In this document: positions 37,543-51,000 of the stretch, piece after piece
How the letters are laid out: the number at the start of each line of letters is the position of its first letter
Numbering within the stretch: the stretch's first letter is position 1
Origin: the human T2T-CHM13v2.0 reference genome, Homo sapiens
Assembly: GCF_009914755.1 (NCBI RefSeq)
Contig: NC_060927.1
Direction: 5' to 3' (one strand)
Length of the DNA stretch: 64,000 bases
Position numbers and translations under genes: made by a program
The notes under the pieces: model-generated
Told to the model about the DNA's origin: nothing
What the model saw: the letters and a program-made list of their open reading frames with translations, nothing else
Databases searched by the model: none

Positions 37543-40380
37543 GACAACAATATTAATAGGTATTTTGCAGAGAAGGAAAAGGAAGAAATTGAATTTACAT
37601 GGGTTTCCAAGGTCCCATGGCTAATAAGTGGCAGAGCTGGAAGCCAACCCCCATAGGCCAGTTTCAAAGGCTTTGCCATCAATTGCTTAAGGATTTTGGA
37701 GACTACTTTTTGCTTTCTTAGAAAGGGTGGTAGGAAAACAAGGGAATCTGAATCATACAAATACCAGATTAAGTATAAAACCACTAACTAGGTAACCTCA
37801 GGAAAATCTCAAGATTCCTGAGACTGCCGCAAAGATCCACAGCTCTGTTGTTAATAGTGTGCAACGTGGATAATCAAGAGTTAATTATGCTTAGTTTCTT
37901 TACCATATAAACAAATCAATACCACTTCTGATGTACCTCAATAGTGGAAAAAGCATTTAACATTCTGCAATGAATCACTGCAAATTGGTATGTTGCTTTG
38001 GCCCTAAGTGTATGTGTTGGGGAGCGGCAGGAGGGAATTTGAGCTGCACAAATACCCAGTAAACCAAAAAGGTGCTCAGGCATTTAGAAACTCACCAGGT
38101 GCCAGAGGGGGCATGACACGCAGGATCCAGGAGAAGATTTTGATTTCCTCTGTGCTCTGAGCTCTTTAACCTGGACCTGAGGAATATCTGCCCAGCAACC
38201 CGTCAAAAGGAAGCAGTGGGAAAAAAAGCACACAGCTGTGGCTGGTGACCATTTTAACCTCAAAAAAACCACAGCTGCTGGTTGTTACCAAATGCCAAAA
38301 AATCACTAAACCTTGTTGATTGTTTCATGTAACTTATGTCTAGCCTTCTAGCCTTTAAAATTTTTCATTTACAGGAGGAGCAGTATTGAAAATAAATAAA
38401 ATTAAATTAAAAAATAAAATAAAATAAACTTTTCATAGCTTTCCCGGAGTTTTTCAAGTTTATTTTATATTATATTATTGTTAAACGGGGTCTAATCTTG
38501 GTACCAGTACTTTAAATTATTCTCTTAGAATAAATATTCACAATTTCTTTCTCTTGATGCCAAAAAGAGATTAATTAGGGCTGGAATTATTTCCAATGGC
38601 ATTTCAAAAATTCTTAGCTCCTCCTCTCCCTAGGCTTGAGCATTGTTATAAAATTAAAAATAGCCCATTTTGGAAAGTCCAAGATTCTTTAAAACTGAAG
38701 TCTCTTATAAAAAATCAAGAGGAGGCTGAGAGGAGGCTTCTCTCTCATTTGCCAATTTCTTTAAAACAAGAGGCACCATTGTCAGTACTTTTAAAGTGCT
38801 GAAAAAGACTACAAGCCTGCAAAAGAAGGCTGAGTGTTTCATTCTAGAGCTGTTTTTTCTTAGTGAACATCCATTGACTTCATTTGGAGGTTGTATCTGA
38901 GTGAGCCCTCTTTCTTACAAGTAAAGTAAAACACCAGTCAGCTGAACTCTTTATCAAACATACTCTTCATTTATCTCTTGATGACACAATGTCACTCTTC
39001 CCTTTCAAGCTGAGCCTTCAGATTCTCCAAAGGTTTCGACCTCCCACAAAGTCTTCACGAGGTGACTCGCTCTTCAAGGAGCCCTGCTATTATGCCATAT
39101 GGTGTTATGACTCAGCAAACCTGCAGTCCCTTCTACTTCCGAGACCTGGAAAGACATGTTCTAACTGCTTCTGGATGAACCAGGCATACCAGTATTAGTT
39201 CATGCCATCCAAAAAGAAACTTCATGTTCTTTTTAACTCTAAATTACTAAAGCTAAAAGTTATAGTCTTCTGATCTTCAAGAGTTCCCAGAATTATGCTC
39301 TCTGGTGATTAAACTCCCTTCCCTAAAAAGTGGCTCATCCTAATAGTGCAATGTTCACTATGTGTCAGCTTTAAAATTCTATGCCTGTAAAATACTCGAA
39401 GTTTAGAGAATGCATCTTTTTTCAAACGCTTCTTAACTTTCTGAGGGTGAGGACCAATTTAACAGGATTACATGTAAATTGGCCTTTCAGCTATGACCAT
39501 TTCAAATCTTGGAAAATTTTTCTCCTGCATACGCTTTATCCTTAAGTAAAGATACATAGTATCTATTTAGAGATCTAATCACAACTTTATAACCTTTAAA
39601 ATATTTATTCTATAAATTAAATACCAAATATGAACATATAGCGTGTACACATATGCATATATGTACATATGTATGTGTGTGTATATATAGGTATACACAT
39701 ATACATAAAATCTCAAACAAAGAAATTGTCAATAAGATTAAACTGTGGCTCCCTGGAGTATACGAGAAGTTATATACATGAGCTAGAACTCAATCAGTAA
39801 TTTGGAATTGAAGATTGGCTTAGGAAATAAGAAACTTCATACTTTATACTAATTTAAGTAAAACACTTTGCTTGAATATATTTAAGTATATAGACTGTTA
39901 GATGAATTCTATTTTTAATCTAATTAAATTAGAAGTAACATGCATTAGTATATTAGCTAAATCTCATTTATTTACAGTGAATCGAAGTTGGACATATTCC
40001 TTGAAAATATTTTGAAAATTATTTTAATGATTAAGAATCAATTAAAAAGAGATTTTACTTTATTTGCTAAAGAATGACTTTCAATAGTTTAGTCTCAAAA
40101 TTGTTACACATGATTACCAGTGTGAAATATATGAGCAAAGATAAAAATAATACCTCCCTGCCAAAAACAGCTCCTGTTAGAAAATATTTTATTAACTAAT
40201 CAAATAATCTTCTGGTAAATACAGAGAGATGTTTAAAGATTGCAATCGAATTACAAGGACACAATAAAACTAAAGGAAATGCAAGAATGCCTGAACCGTT
40301 TATTAATAAAATACTGATTTATACAATTGATATTAAAAATGACAGTTATTTTGTCGTTTTCTTTTGAAAATAAGCAAATT

Positions 40381-40683
40381 ATGCCTGTAATCTCAGCACT
40401 TTGGGAAGCCGAGGTGGGCGGATCACAAGGTCAGGAGATGGAGACCATCCTGGCTAACATGGTGAAATCCTATCTCTACTAAAAATACAAAAAATTAGCC
40501 AGGCATGATGGAACGCGCCTGTAGTCCAGACTACTCGGGAGGCTGAGGCAGGAGAATCACTTTAACCCAGGAGGTGGAGGTGGCACTGAGCAGAGATTGC
40601 GCCGAGATTGCGCCACTGCACCTCAGCCTGGGCAACAGAGCGAGACTCTGTCTCAAAATAAACAAACAAACAAACAAACAAAC
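40381..40683 (+). mobile_element. Alu (Sc-like), 5'-truncated, (CAAA)n tail
   Basis: ATGCCTGTAATCTCAGC...; internal 11-bp duplication GAGATTGCGCC. Confidence 0.92.
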
Positions 40684-41245
40684 TATTATTTAAAAATTAA
40701 TGTAAAATAATGGATTAGAAATTATTACAATTTACTTCTTCAGCTTAATCATGTATGATTTCCGTACAGTTTTCACTTAGAAGACAATAAGAGAGAAGAT
40801 GCGTATCGTCAAATGAGTTTAGATTTTTAAGTGCTCAATTTTCCAATACAGTGCAAAGAAACTGAAATTGCTTTCAGTCAGAAGAAAATAAGATAAAATT
40901 CAGTAAAAAGGAAATAAAGCCAAATGCATTCAGTTGGAACGGAACTCCGCCAGTTAGTGACTACAGCGTAAGGATTGTTTTCTTTCATACGTTCTTAGTC
41001 TGCCCCCTTGTGGGCTCCAGAAAGCTGTTACCCAGCATAAGCTAACGTGATAAAGTTAGATATCCAATAAAATCATGTTTTAATAATTCCTTTAATGTGG
41101 TTTAGAAAAATGTCTAAACTTGCTTTAGTTTATCAAACAAAAGCATTTAAAATTATAAATAAATATCTCAAAACTTACACCTCTAAATAAATTGAAAGAA
41201 GATATTTCCTTTAATTCCTAAAATTCTTTTTAAGAATGAAATTAC

Positions 41246-41455
41246 CCATCCTGGGCAACATAGCGAGAGTCTGTCTCTAAAACAATTAGCCAGGGATGGT
41301 GCCATAGTCCCAGCCTCTCAGCAGGCTGAGATGGCAGGATCCTTTGAGCCAAGGAGTTTCAAGTTTCAGTGAACTGCCATCATTATGCCACTGTGCTCCA
41401 GCCTGGGCTGAGAGAGGGAGGCTCCATCTCTCAAAAGAAAAGAAAAAGAAAATAA
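41246..41455 (+). mobile_element. Degenerate partial Alu (J-like)
   Basis: CCATCCTGGGCAACATAGCGAGA...CCAGCCTGGG..A-rich tail. Confidence 0.8.
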
Positions 41456-42471
41456 ATTACTATATAAGCCTCATAGAAATTGGAACTATAAAGCAATTGT
41501 CAAAAAATGCTATCTGAAACAATCTAGCTGAGGTGGGTTTTTTTTGCATTTATTTAATGTTCCATGTATAGAATGGAAAGCATTTATGACTTCTTTGTAA
41601 AAATAAACTGCATTACTATTATTGGAGAGACGAAGAGGCACATTAACTACATTATCTTCTTGTAATTGAAAATTGCTCCGATGGAGATACTGCAAGTTTG
41701 AAGATCTGAACTTCATTGCCGATGTCATTGTCATTCCTTGATTTGCCTAAACTTAAAATTTCAACATTTGTAGATTAAAAGGTATCCTGTGATAACCATC
41801 TCCTGGCATATTTTATAACTAATAGATAAATATTGTTGATGTCTTTTAAATTAAATTCTTAAATTTTTAGTATTTAAATAGGCAATCACTAGGTAACTAT
41901 AATCAATATGCTTGATTTTGTTTTTTATTACATATTCCATATGTTTCATTTTATCTTCTACATTACACACAGTCCTTCCATGAATTCAGGCATATGTTGT
42001 TTTTTCATTTTTGGCAGTACAATACACTTTTGGCTTTCCATGTTTAATTGGATGAGTAGATTCTTACAAAAAATAAGACAAAGAATAAACACTAATATTT
42101 CGATTAATTATAATACCATTTTCTCAAGTAGTGTTCCAGGATTCAGTATGACCATAACCTTTAAGTAAAGTTCAATACATTGTTTCAAGATAGAAAGCAA
42201 AGTAAAACCAGGTGGTAAAAACTAAGTTACATGCTCATACAGGCCCACGCGCATGTGTGCACACACACACACATACACACACACTCACAATTTTCTTACC
42301 AACACATCTCTCTGTAACTCTTTGGTGATCCTGGACAAGGTTCCCACGCCTCTTTGGATTTAGTTTTCTCGCCTATGAAATGGTACTATATCAGCTGGTC
42401 AATATTTTTTTGAACTGAGGTCTACAGATCTGCTTATGTGTCCACAAGTGGTCCAGTAGAATTTTAAAGTA

Positions 42472-43271
42472 CAGTTTTCCCTCAGTATCTCTAGGGAATT
42501 GATTCCAGGACCTCTCACAAATACCAAAATCCATTGATGCTCAAGTTCCTGTTATAAAATGGCATAGTATTTGCAAATACCAAAATCTATTGATGCTCAA
42601 GTTCCTGTTATAAAATGGCATAGTATTTGCATATAATCTAAGCAAATCCTCCTCTATAGATTATATGCAAATCCTCCTCTATTCAGTCATGAATCACTTA
42701 ACCATAGGGATACATTCTGAGAAATGTTGTTAAGCAATTTTTTTGTTGCGTGAATTTCATAGAATGTACTTACACAAACCTAGATGATATAGCCGACTAT
42801 ACACCTAGGCTATATGGTACAGCCCTATCACTTCTAGGCTGCAAACCTGTACAGCATGTTAGGGTACTAAATACCACAGGCAATTGGAATACAACTGTAT
42901 TAGTGTATCTAAACATATTTAAACATAGCAAAGGCAATGCCATGCACTATAATGTTAAAATGGCTGTGATATCACTAGACAGTAGAAAATTTTCAGCTTC
43001 ATTAGAATGTTATGGGGCCACCATTGTATATGTGGTCTAAAACATCAATATGTAGCACATAACTGTACTTTAAATAAGCTCTAGGTTACTTATAATACCT
43101 CATCCAATGTAAATGATATGTAAATAGTTATTATACCATGTTGTTTAAGGAATATGACAAGAAAAAATGTCTGCATATGTTTAGTGCAGATGCGATTCAA
43201 AAAAATGTATTTTTGATCCAGGATTGGTTGAATCCACAGATGTATAACTCATGACTATGAAGGGATGACTG
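42472..43271. mobile_element. MER2 (Tigger-family) DNA transposon with nested Tigger3a-like element (42684-43065)
   Basis: MER2 ends CAGTTTTCCCTCAGTATC and GAAGGGATGACTG; insert ends CAGTCATGAATCACTTAAC and GCACATAACTG. Confidence 0.8.
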
Positions 43272-44369
43272 TGCTTTGTTTTTATAATTATGGTAATATA
43301 AACACATACACAAATTGTGGATCATTTAGATGACCACTTTATAACTGGGCACAGCCATGAAACCAAAACCTAAAGTCGAGGTTTTGAATTTTTAAAATTG
43401 AAAAATCTTTGTAGTCCTCATAGGTACTCTTGATAGTCCACAAGTGCCCAAATTTGAGAAACGTTTCTCAAATTCCTTTCAGCATTTAATATTGATTTAA
43501 AAATGTGATGCTCACTTGCTTTAAATGAAGCTACCAGCAGAAAGCAGCACACTGAAAAAAAAAAAGACAAAATTGCTTTTCCTCTATTAGGTTTGTGTGC
43601 TCAACTCCTATAAGCATCTTGAAAGAAGTAGAGCGATTTAGACGATAATGCATTTGACGTCTAAACCCAAGCAGTAACAGTGTTTGTGAAGGAAAACCTC
43701 CAGGAAGAGCTTGCTAAAATTTCTAACAAAATGATGTTAATCTATAGTGCTCTTTGTCAGCATGTAACAGAAGAGATGTCATAAACTCCGAGAGAAAAGA
43801 AAAGTCAAAACATTAAAAGGATTCGTGACATCAATGATACAGAAGCAAAGAATGTTAAACATTTCAAGGAAATACACTCCACAAACACAAAAGTCGCTCC
43901 CTTGTGGTTTCAAAATAATTGAACCTATGCAAAAATGAAGTTATTAATGAATGGACTGAACATTATTAACAGCAATTTATCAAAAGAAAGATAGATTGCT
44001 GATCAGTTGCAGAATGAACATACTCCAAACGTAAAGATGGTTCAGAGTATTTGGACTAATCAATTGTAATAACTCAAAGCAGAAGGAAATAGATGGCAAG
44101 TAGAAAGACTAATATCTGTTGAGCTTCTAATGTGTGTTTATTTTAATCAAATAATTACTAAGATCATCTACTAATAACAATCATGGGTTCAAACTCTGTC
44201 TCTGCTAACAAATAGTTCAAAGCCCACAAATTTGTAAAGATCACTAAAAAAAAAAAGCAGAATTCAAAAATTGTCAAATACAGAATTCTTATTTTTGGGA
44301 GCCAATATAATTAGTTACCAATATTTATTTTTTGTTTGTTTTGGGGGTTTTTCATTTTATTTTTTGTTT

Positions 44370-44668
44370 TCTGGGTTTGTTTTTGTTTTGAGACAGGGTC
44401 TCACTCTGTCATCCTGGCTAGAGTGCAGCAGTGCAATTATGGCTCAGCCTTATCCTCCCCAGGCTCAGGTGATTCTCCCGTATCAGCCTCTGGAGTGGCT
44501 GGGACTACAGGCGTGTGCCACCATGCCAGGCTAACTTTGCTATTTTCTGTAGAGACCAGGGTTTTGCCATGTTCCCAGGCTGGTCTTGAACTCCTGGGCT
44601 CAAGGGATCCTCCCGACTCTGCCTCCCAAAGTAGAGGGATTACAGGCTTGAGTCACCAGGCACAGCCA
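44370..44668 (-). mobile_element. Alu (J-like)
   Basis: GAGACAGGGTCTCACTCTG...CACAGCC. Confidence 0.9.
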
Positions 44669-47600
44669 GTTACCAACACTTAATTACCATATCGATGCTA
44701 CTTTTGTGATCTAATTATTTGAGTTTTATTTAATTTGATCTGATATGTTGAGTATAATACAGACAATCATGAATTTGTTACCAAAATATTTAATGATTAT
44801 ACTTTTTCATTAAAAAAACTAATTTAAAATTCATAACTGAATAAGCATTTGTCATAAAATACATCATTATCCTATAATTAACTTCTTTCTTTTTAGCATA
44901 TATGTGTTATTTCTAGACATATAACAGAGGGGATATGTTTTAATATTAAAATTATAACTTTAATTTTTTAAAAAAATCATATTTCTTTATGAATCAGTCC
45001 TTAAAAATTTTAGACTCTTTATGGCCCCATATATTCATTTCTGATCAAACACACCGAAAATAAAAACAAAAACCCAGATAAACACCAAAACTGCCCATCT
45101 AAGTTAGATCTGCCCCTTTCTCTCTTGCCAATAATGGAAAAATCACCAGCTTTCACAACTTTGCAGAAAAGGTCAAAAATAAACAAAAGAACAGGCCATG
45201 TGTTTTATTATGATGTTAACACAAATAAAAGAGAAAGCAAACATTTCTCCCTCTGCTTTCATAGTACACAAGATTAAAAGCAACAGCTGGCTTTGCCTTC
45301 CTAAAACTATCTATCATGTTCACAATTGCCTAACACTGACTTAGAGATAAACTGAGCTGAAGGTATACAGAGAGAAGGGTTCTATCATAATTGTGCCACG
45401 ACTTCTGGCTGACTGAATTCTGTGAAACCTACAGCACACCCTCTGATATTCTCCCTCACCTCAGAGCAGTGTCTCAACACTTTACTAATTAGTGTACTAG
45501 CCTTGTGATTTTGCCATATCTAGGTGTCATCCATACTATTAATTTTCTTAATGTTTTCTATTAATTATTATAAAATTAAATACATTTGTTCTTAAGAAGC
45601 CAACTTTATGTTATATCATAAATAGGAAAGCAGTGTCTCCTGTCATGAATGTAATAGAAATAAAATACTAGTACATACTATCTGAATACTCTTGCCTATC
45701 AAAACTCTGAGCCTAAGGCCTCACATATCTTTTATAAAGGATAACAGCAAGTGTTACAGAATACTAAAAACTTGAAATAATCAAATAAGAGTTTCTTCTT
45801 GATGTATTTCACATTGGTTGAAAGGTAATTGTAAAAAGGAAATGCAAGATTCGAGTTTGGTAATAAAAAAGTCAGGATTGATAATGTTTTAGATTCGTAC
45901 ATTTCCAGGCACTTCAGAAAAATATCAATTTTATGTCAAGCTCCAAGACAACCCAGAATATCCCATCAGGCCTCCCCAAGGTTGGAGTGAAGTCTGCTGG
46001 AGGCATAATAGGTTTCATTATCCACAGACTCAGCTCTCCATCTGTCCGTATCATTCCTTTCTCCTGATATACAATTCTCTCACCATGTTTCCTTCAAGTT
46101 AAGAGGCTGTTAAATGTACACTGGCTACTATATTAGAGTAAGAGCAACTTATTGGGTATAAATAAAACTATGAAATTTGACAAAAATATAGTTTGGAATT
46201 TGCTGTTGTTTTCAGGTTTACTTCCATCCAATACTAGGCTGAGGTCAGTTATGTTTATTTTGTTTGCTTGTTTTCTTCCCAGTTGTATCAATTATTGAGC
46301 ATTTAAGATCCAATTTTGTTTGCCTCCAAAGTTTGCCATTGATCAACATATAATTCAATTTCTACAAACAAATGATAAAACTTAACCGAACCAACTATGC
46401 CCAAACCACATCAGTTAACACCACTTGTCTGAATAGAATTCTTTTCATTCTCTAAGGCTCAACCCCAAAACATTTTCTCTTTACTTTCTCAATAAGAACT
46501 TTATTTCATTGTTGCAACACTCAATTTTTGTCCTTTTTTAAAAAATTATTTAAAAAATTATTTTTTATTTCATATTTCCCTGTAGTACCTATTATAATGT
46601 TTTGTATTAGAAACTAAATAATTGCTGAATTCATTTATGAATAAATAAATAGGAAGTGACTATATTTGAACCGAACACTATTAAAGACTTCCCAAACAAT
46701 TATGTTGATTATATTAAAGAGAATATATATCTTGTTTTTTGCATAACAGTATATTGAATCTCTAATGAAAACAAGCTTTGAAAATATATTTAGGAGATTA
46801 ACTTTACATTTTAAAATCCAATGTGTAGAATTTTTACAAATATGACAGTATTTTGTATAGAAATGTACTCCCTCCCTCAAAGGAAGAATGGAGAAAGTCA
46901 TTGCTTTATCCTGATTCCATTTAATAAAATTTATATCGGTCCTCAGAGAATTTATTTATTTAATTAATTAATTTATTTAATTTTATGTTAGTATTAAAAC
47001 TAGCATAACTATGTCATATAATAGCAACTTATAGTCAATGTAGAGACTAAAGCTTTTAGAGTTGTTTTATAAAAGCAGATCTAACAAATACTTTTAAAAT
47101 GTTTATCTTTTTAACTTAGCTATAATTTATTACTGAGTAAGATATAAATCAAAGTTAATCATTCTCTGTATTTTTATTGCTTTAAAAGGCATGTCTGAAA
47201 TGGTGAATTATTTTCTCATTAGAATTTTAATCAATTACTAAAGTTCCATTTTATAATTTATTTATTTTTGTAGTCAATATTTAATCTGCTATTATGTGTT
47301 AAGCACTTCAAGTGAATAATGATTAATCAGTTTTCGTCCTTTCTGTTTAGTTGGGACTCTTGTTTTTAAGTAAAAGAAACACGTTTAATCATCTAAATAA
47401 TAAAGCAGTTTAGTGGGGATTTGAAGGAATATGGGAGAGCAATTTCTAAAATATGGAAAAACAGCTCATAGAAAAACCAAAGGCAGAAACTGCCTAGAGC
47501 CACAGCTCATGGAAAAGTGAAGGTAACAGCTACCAGGGACCCAAGCTCCTATCTCCTAGAGGGTGATTCCTCTACCTTGCTCTGGATTTCTGATTTAAAA

Positions 47601-48083
47601 TGGAATAAATGACACAGCAACACCCTTTACCTCACAGAAATCTTGATACATGCTTTGACTTCTGCTCTTGATGATGCCTCATTTTCTCAGTTACCCCGTT
47701 TGAAATTTCCAAAGAGAAATCTAATATCTAGGCTTACTTTTCCAAACCAGATTATTTAATTCAGAGGTCAAACCATGAGAGCCCACCCCTAAACATCCTG
47801 CACAATAAGGGCTTACTTGCTCAGCACACCCTGTGGGTTAGCAGGATCTCTTAAGTGTGACTGAGATTTCTTGAACATTTTCCTCCAAAAACTTCGGGTT
47901 TCTTGAGGTAGATAAGTACATCATCCAAAGTATTCTTTGCATATTCACAGGTAGAACCAAATTTCACTTTCTAGTTTTTTCAAATAGTATGTTAACATAA
48001 TCATGTATGTTTTCTTATCTCACTTTACAAGTAAAATTCTTGTCAGATTACATACTGAATTCTATTCCTTAAGATATATTTCT

Positions 48084-51000
48084 TTTTTTCTTTTTTCTTT
48101 TACTTTAACTTCTGGGATACAAGTGCAGAACATGCAGGTTTGTTACATAGGTATACATGTGCCAGAGTGGTTTGCTGCACCTATCAAGCCATCATCTAGG
48201 TTTTAAGCCCCACGTGCATTAGCTATTTGTCCTAACGTTCTCCCTCCCTTCGCCCCCAAGCCCCTGACTGGCCCAAGTGTGTGTTGTTACCTTCCCTGTG
48301 TCCATGTGTTCTCATTGTTCGACTCCCACTTATGAGTGAGAACGTGTGGTGTTTGGTTTTCTGTTCCTGTGTTAGTTTGCTGAGGATGATGGCTTCTAGC
48401 TTCATCCTTGTCCCTGCAAAGGACATGAACTCATTCGTTTTTAGGGCTGCATAGTATTCCACGGTGTATATTACCACATTTTCTTTATCCAGTCTATCAT
48501 TGATGGGCATTTGGGTTGGTTCCATGTCTTTGTTATTGTAAATAGTGCCGCAGTAAACATTCATGTGCATGTGTCTTTATAGTAGAATGATTTATAATCC
48601 TTTGGGTATATACCCAGGAATGGGATCGCCGGGTCAAATGGTATTTCTGGTTCTAGATCCTTGAGGAATCGCCCCACTGTCTTCAACAATGGTTGAACTA
48701 ATTTACATCCCCACCAAGTGTAAAAGCGTCTCTATTTCTCCACAGCATCATCAGCATCTATTGTTTCTTGACCTTTTTAATAATCGCCATTCTGACTGGC
48801 ATGAGATAGTATCTCATTGTGGTTTTGATTTGCACTTCTCTAATGATGAGTGATGTTGAGCTTTTTTTTATGTTTATTGGCTGTATAAATGTCTTCTTTT
48901 GAGAAGTGTCTATTCACATCCTTTGCCTACTTTTTGATGGGGTTGTTTTTTTTCCTGTAAATTTGTTTAAGTTCTTTGTAGATTCTGAATATTAGACCTT
49001 TGTCAGGTGGGTAGATTGCAAAAATTTTCTCCTATTCTTTAGGTTGTCATTCACTCTGATGATAGTTTATTTTGCTGTGCAGAAGTTCTTTAGTTTAGCT
49101 AGATCCCATTTGTCAATTTTGGCTTTTGTTGCCATTGCTTTTTGTCATGAAGTCTTTGCCCATGCATATGTCCTGAATGGTATTGCCTAGGTTTTCATCT
49201 AGGGTTTTCATGGTTTTGGGTTTTACATTTAAGTCTTTAATCCATCTTGAGTTAAGTTTTGTATAAGGTCTAAAGAAGGGATCCAGTTTCAGTTTTCTGC
49301 ATATGGCTAGCCAAGTTTCCCAGCACCATGTATTAAATAGGGAATCTTTTCCCCATTACTTGTTCTTGTCAGGTTTGTCGAAGATCAGACGGTTGTAGAT
49401 GTGTGGTGTTATTTCTGAGGTCTCTGTTGTGTTCCATTGGTCTATATGTCTGTTTCGGTAGCAGTACCATGTTGTTTTGGTTACTGTAGCCTTGTAGTAC
49501 AGTTTGAAGTCTGGTAGCATGAGGCCTTCAGCTTTGTTGTTTTTGCTTAGGATTGTCTGGGCTATACAGGCTCTTTTTTTTTTTTTGGTTCCATTTAAAT
49601 TTCAAAGTAGTTTTTTCTAATTCTGTGAAGAATGTTAAGGGTAGCTTGATGGGAATAGCATTGAATCTATAAATTACTTTGGGCAATATGGCCATTTTCA
49701 TGATATTGATTCTTCCTATCCATGAGGATAGAAAGTTTTTCCATTTGTTTGTGTCCTCTCTTATTTCCTTGAGCAGTAGTTTGTAGTTCTCATTGAAGAG
49801 GTCCTTCACATCCTTTGTTAGCTATATTCCTAGATATTTTATTCTCTTTGTAGCAATTGTGATAGGGAATTCATTTACGATTTGGCTCTCTGCTTGTCTA
49901 TTGTTGGTGTATAGGAATGCTTGTGATTTATGCACATTGATTCTGTATCCTGAGACTTTGCCTAAACTGCTCATCAGCTTAAGTAGTTTTTGGGCTGAAT
50001 CAATGAGGTTTTCTAACTATAGAATCATGTCGGCAAACAGAGAAAATTTGACTTCCTCTCTTCCTATTTGAATATGCTTTCTTTCTTTCTCTGGCCTGAT
50101 TGCCCTGGCTAGAACTTCCAATATTGTGTGGAATAGGAGTGGTGAGAGAGGGCCTCCTTTGTCTTGATCTGGTTTTCAAAAGGAGTGCTTCCAGCTTTGC
50201 CCATTTAGTATGATATTGGCTGTAGGTTTGTCATAAATAGCTCTTATCATTTTGAGATATGTTCCATCCATACCTAGTTTATTGAGAGTTTTTAACATGA
50301 AGGGATGTTGAATGTTATTGAAGGCCTTTTCTGCATCTATTGAGATAATCATGTGGTTTTTGTCATTGGTTCTAAGTGATGGATTATGTTTGTTGATTTG
50401 TGTATGTTGAACTAGCCTTGCATCCCAGGGATGAAGCCAACTTGATCATGTTGGATAAGCTTTTTGATGTGCTGCTGGATTTGGTTTGCCAGTATTTTAT
50501 TGAGGATTTTCATATCAATGTTCATCAGGTATATTGGACTGAAGTTTTATTTTTTTGTTGTGTTTCTGCCAGGTTTTGGTATCAGGATGATGCAGGCCTC
50601 ATAAAATGAGTTAGAGAGGAGTCCTTTTCAATTGTTTGGAATAGTTTCAGAAGGAAACTATTCTTTTTACCTCTAGTAGAATTCAGCTGTGAATCCGTCT
50701 TGTCCTGGGCTTTTTTTGGTTGGTAGGCTACTAATTACTGCCTCAATTTCAGAACTTATTATTGGTCTATTCATGGATTCAACTTCTTCCTGGTTTAGTC
50801 TTGGGAGGGTGTATGTGTCCAGGAATCTATCCATTTTCTAAATTTTCTAGTTTATTTGCATAGAAGTGTTTATAGTGTTCTTTGATGGTAGTTTGTATTT
50901 CTGTAGGGTCAGTGGTGATATCCACTTTACTATTTTTTGCTGTGTCTATTTGATTCTTCTCTCTTTTCTTCTTTATTAGTCTAGCTAGTGGTCTATCTAT

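Noticed and set aside
41510-41734. 74-aa minus-strand ORF in unique sequence
   Set aside because: No recognisable homology and only weak splice signals; cannot be supported as coding
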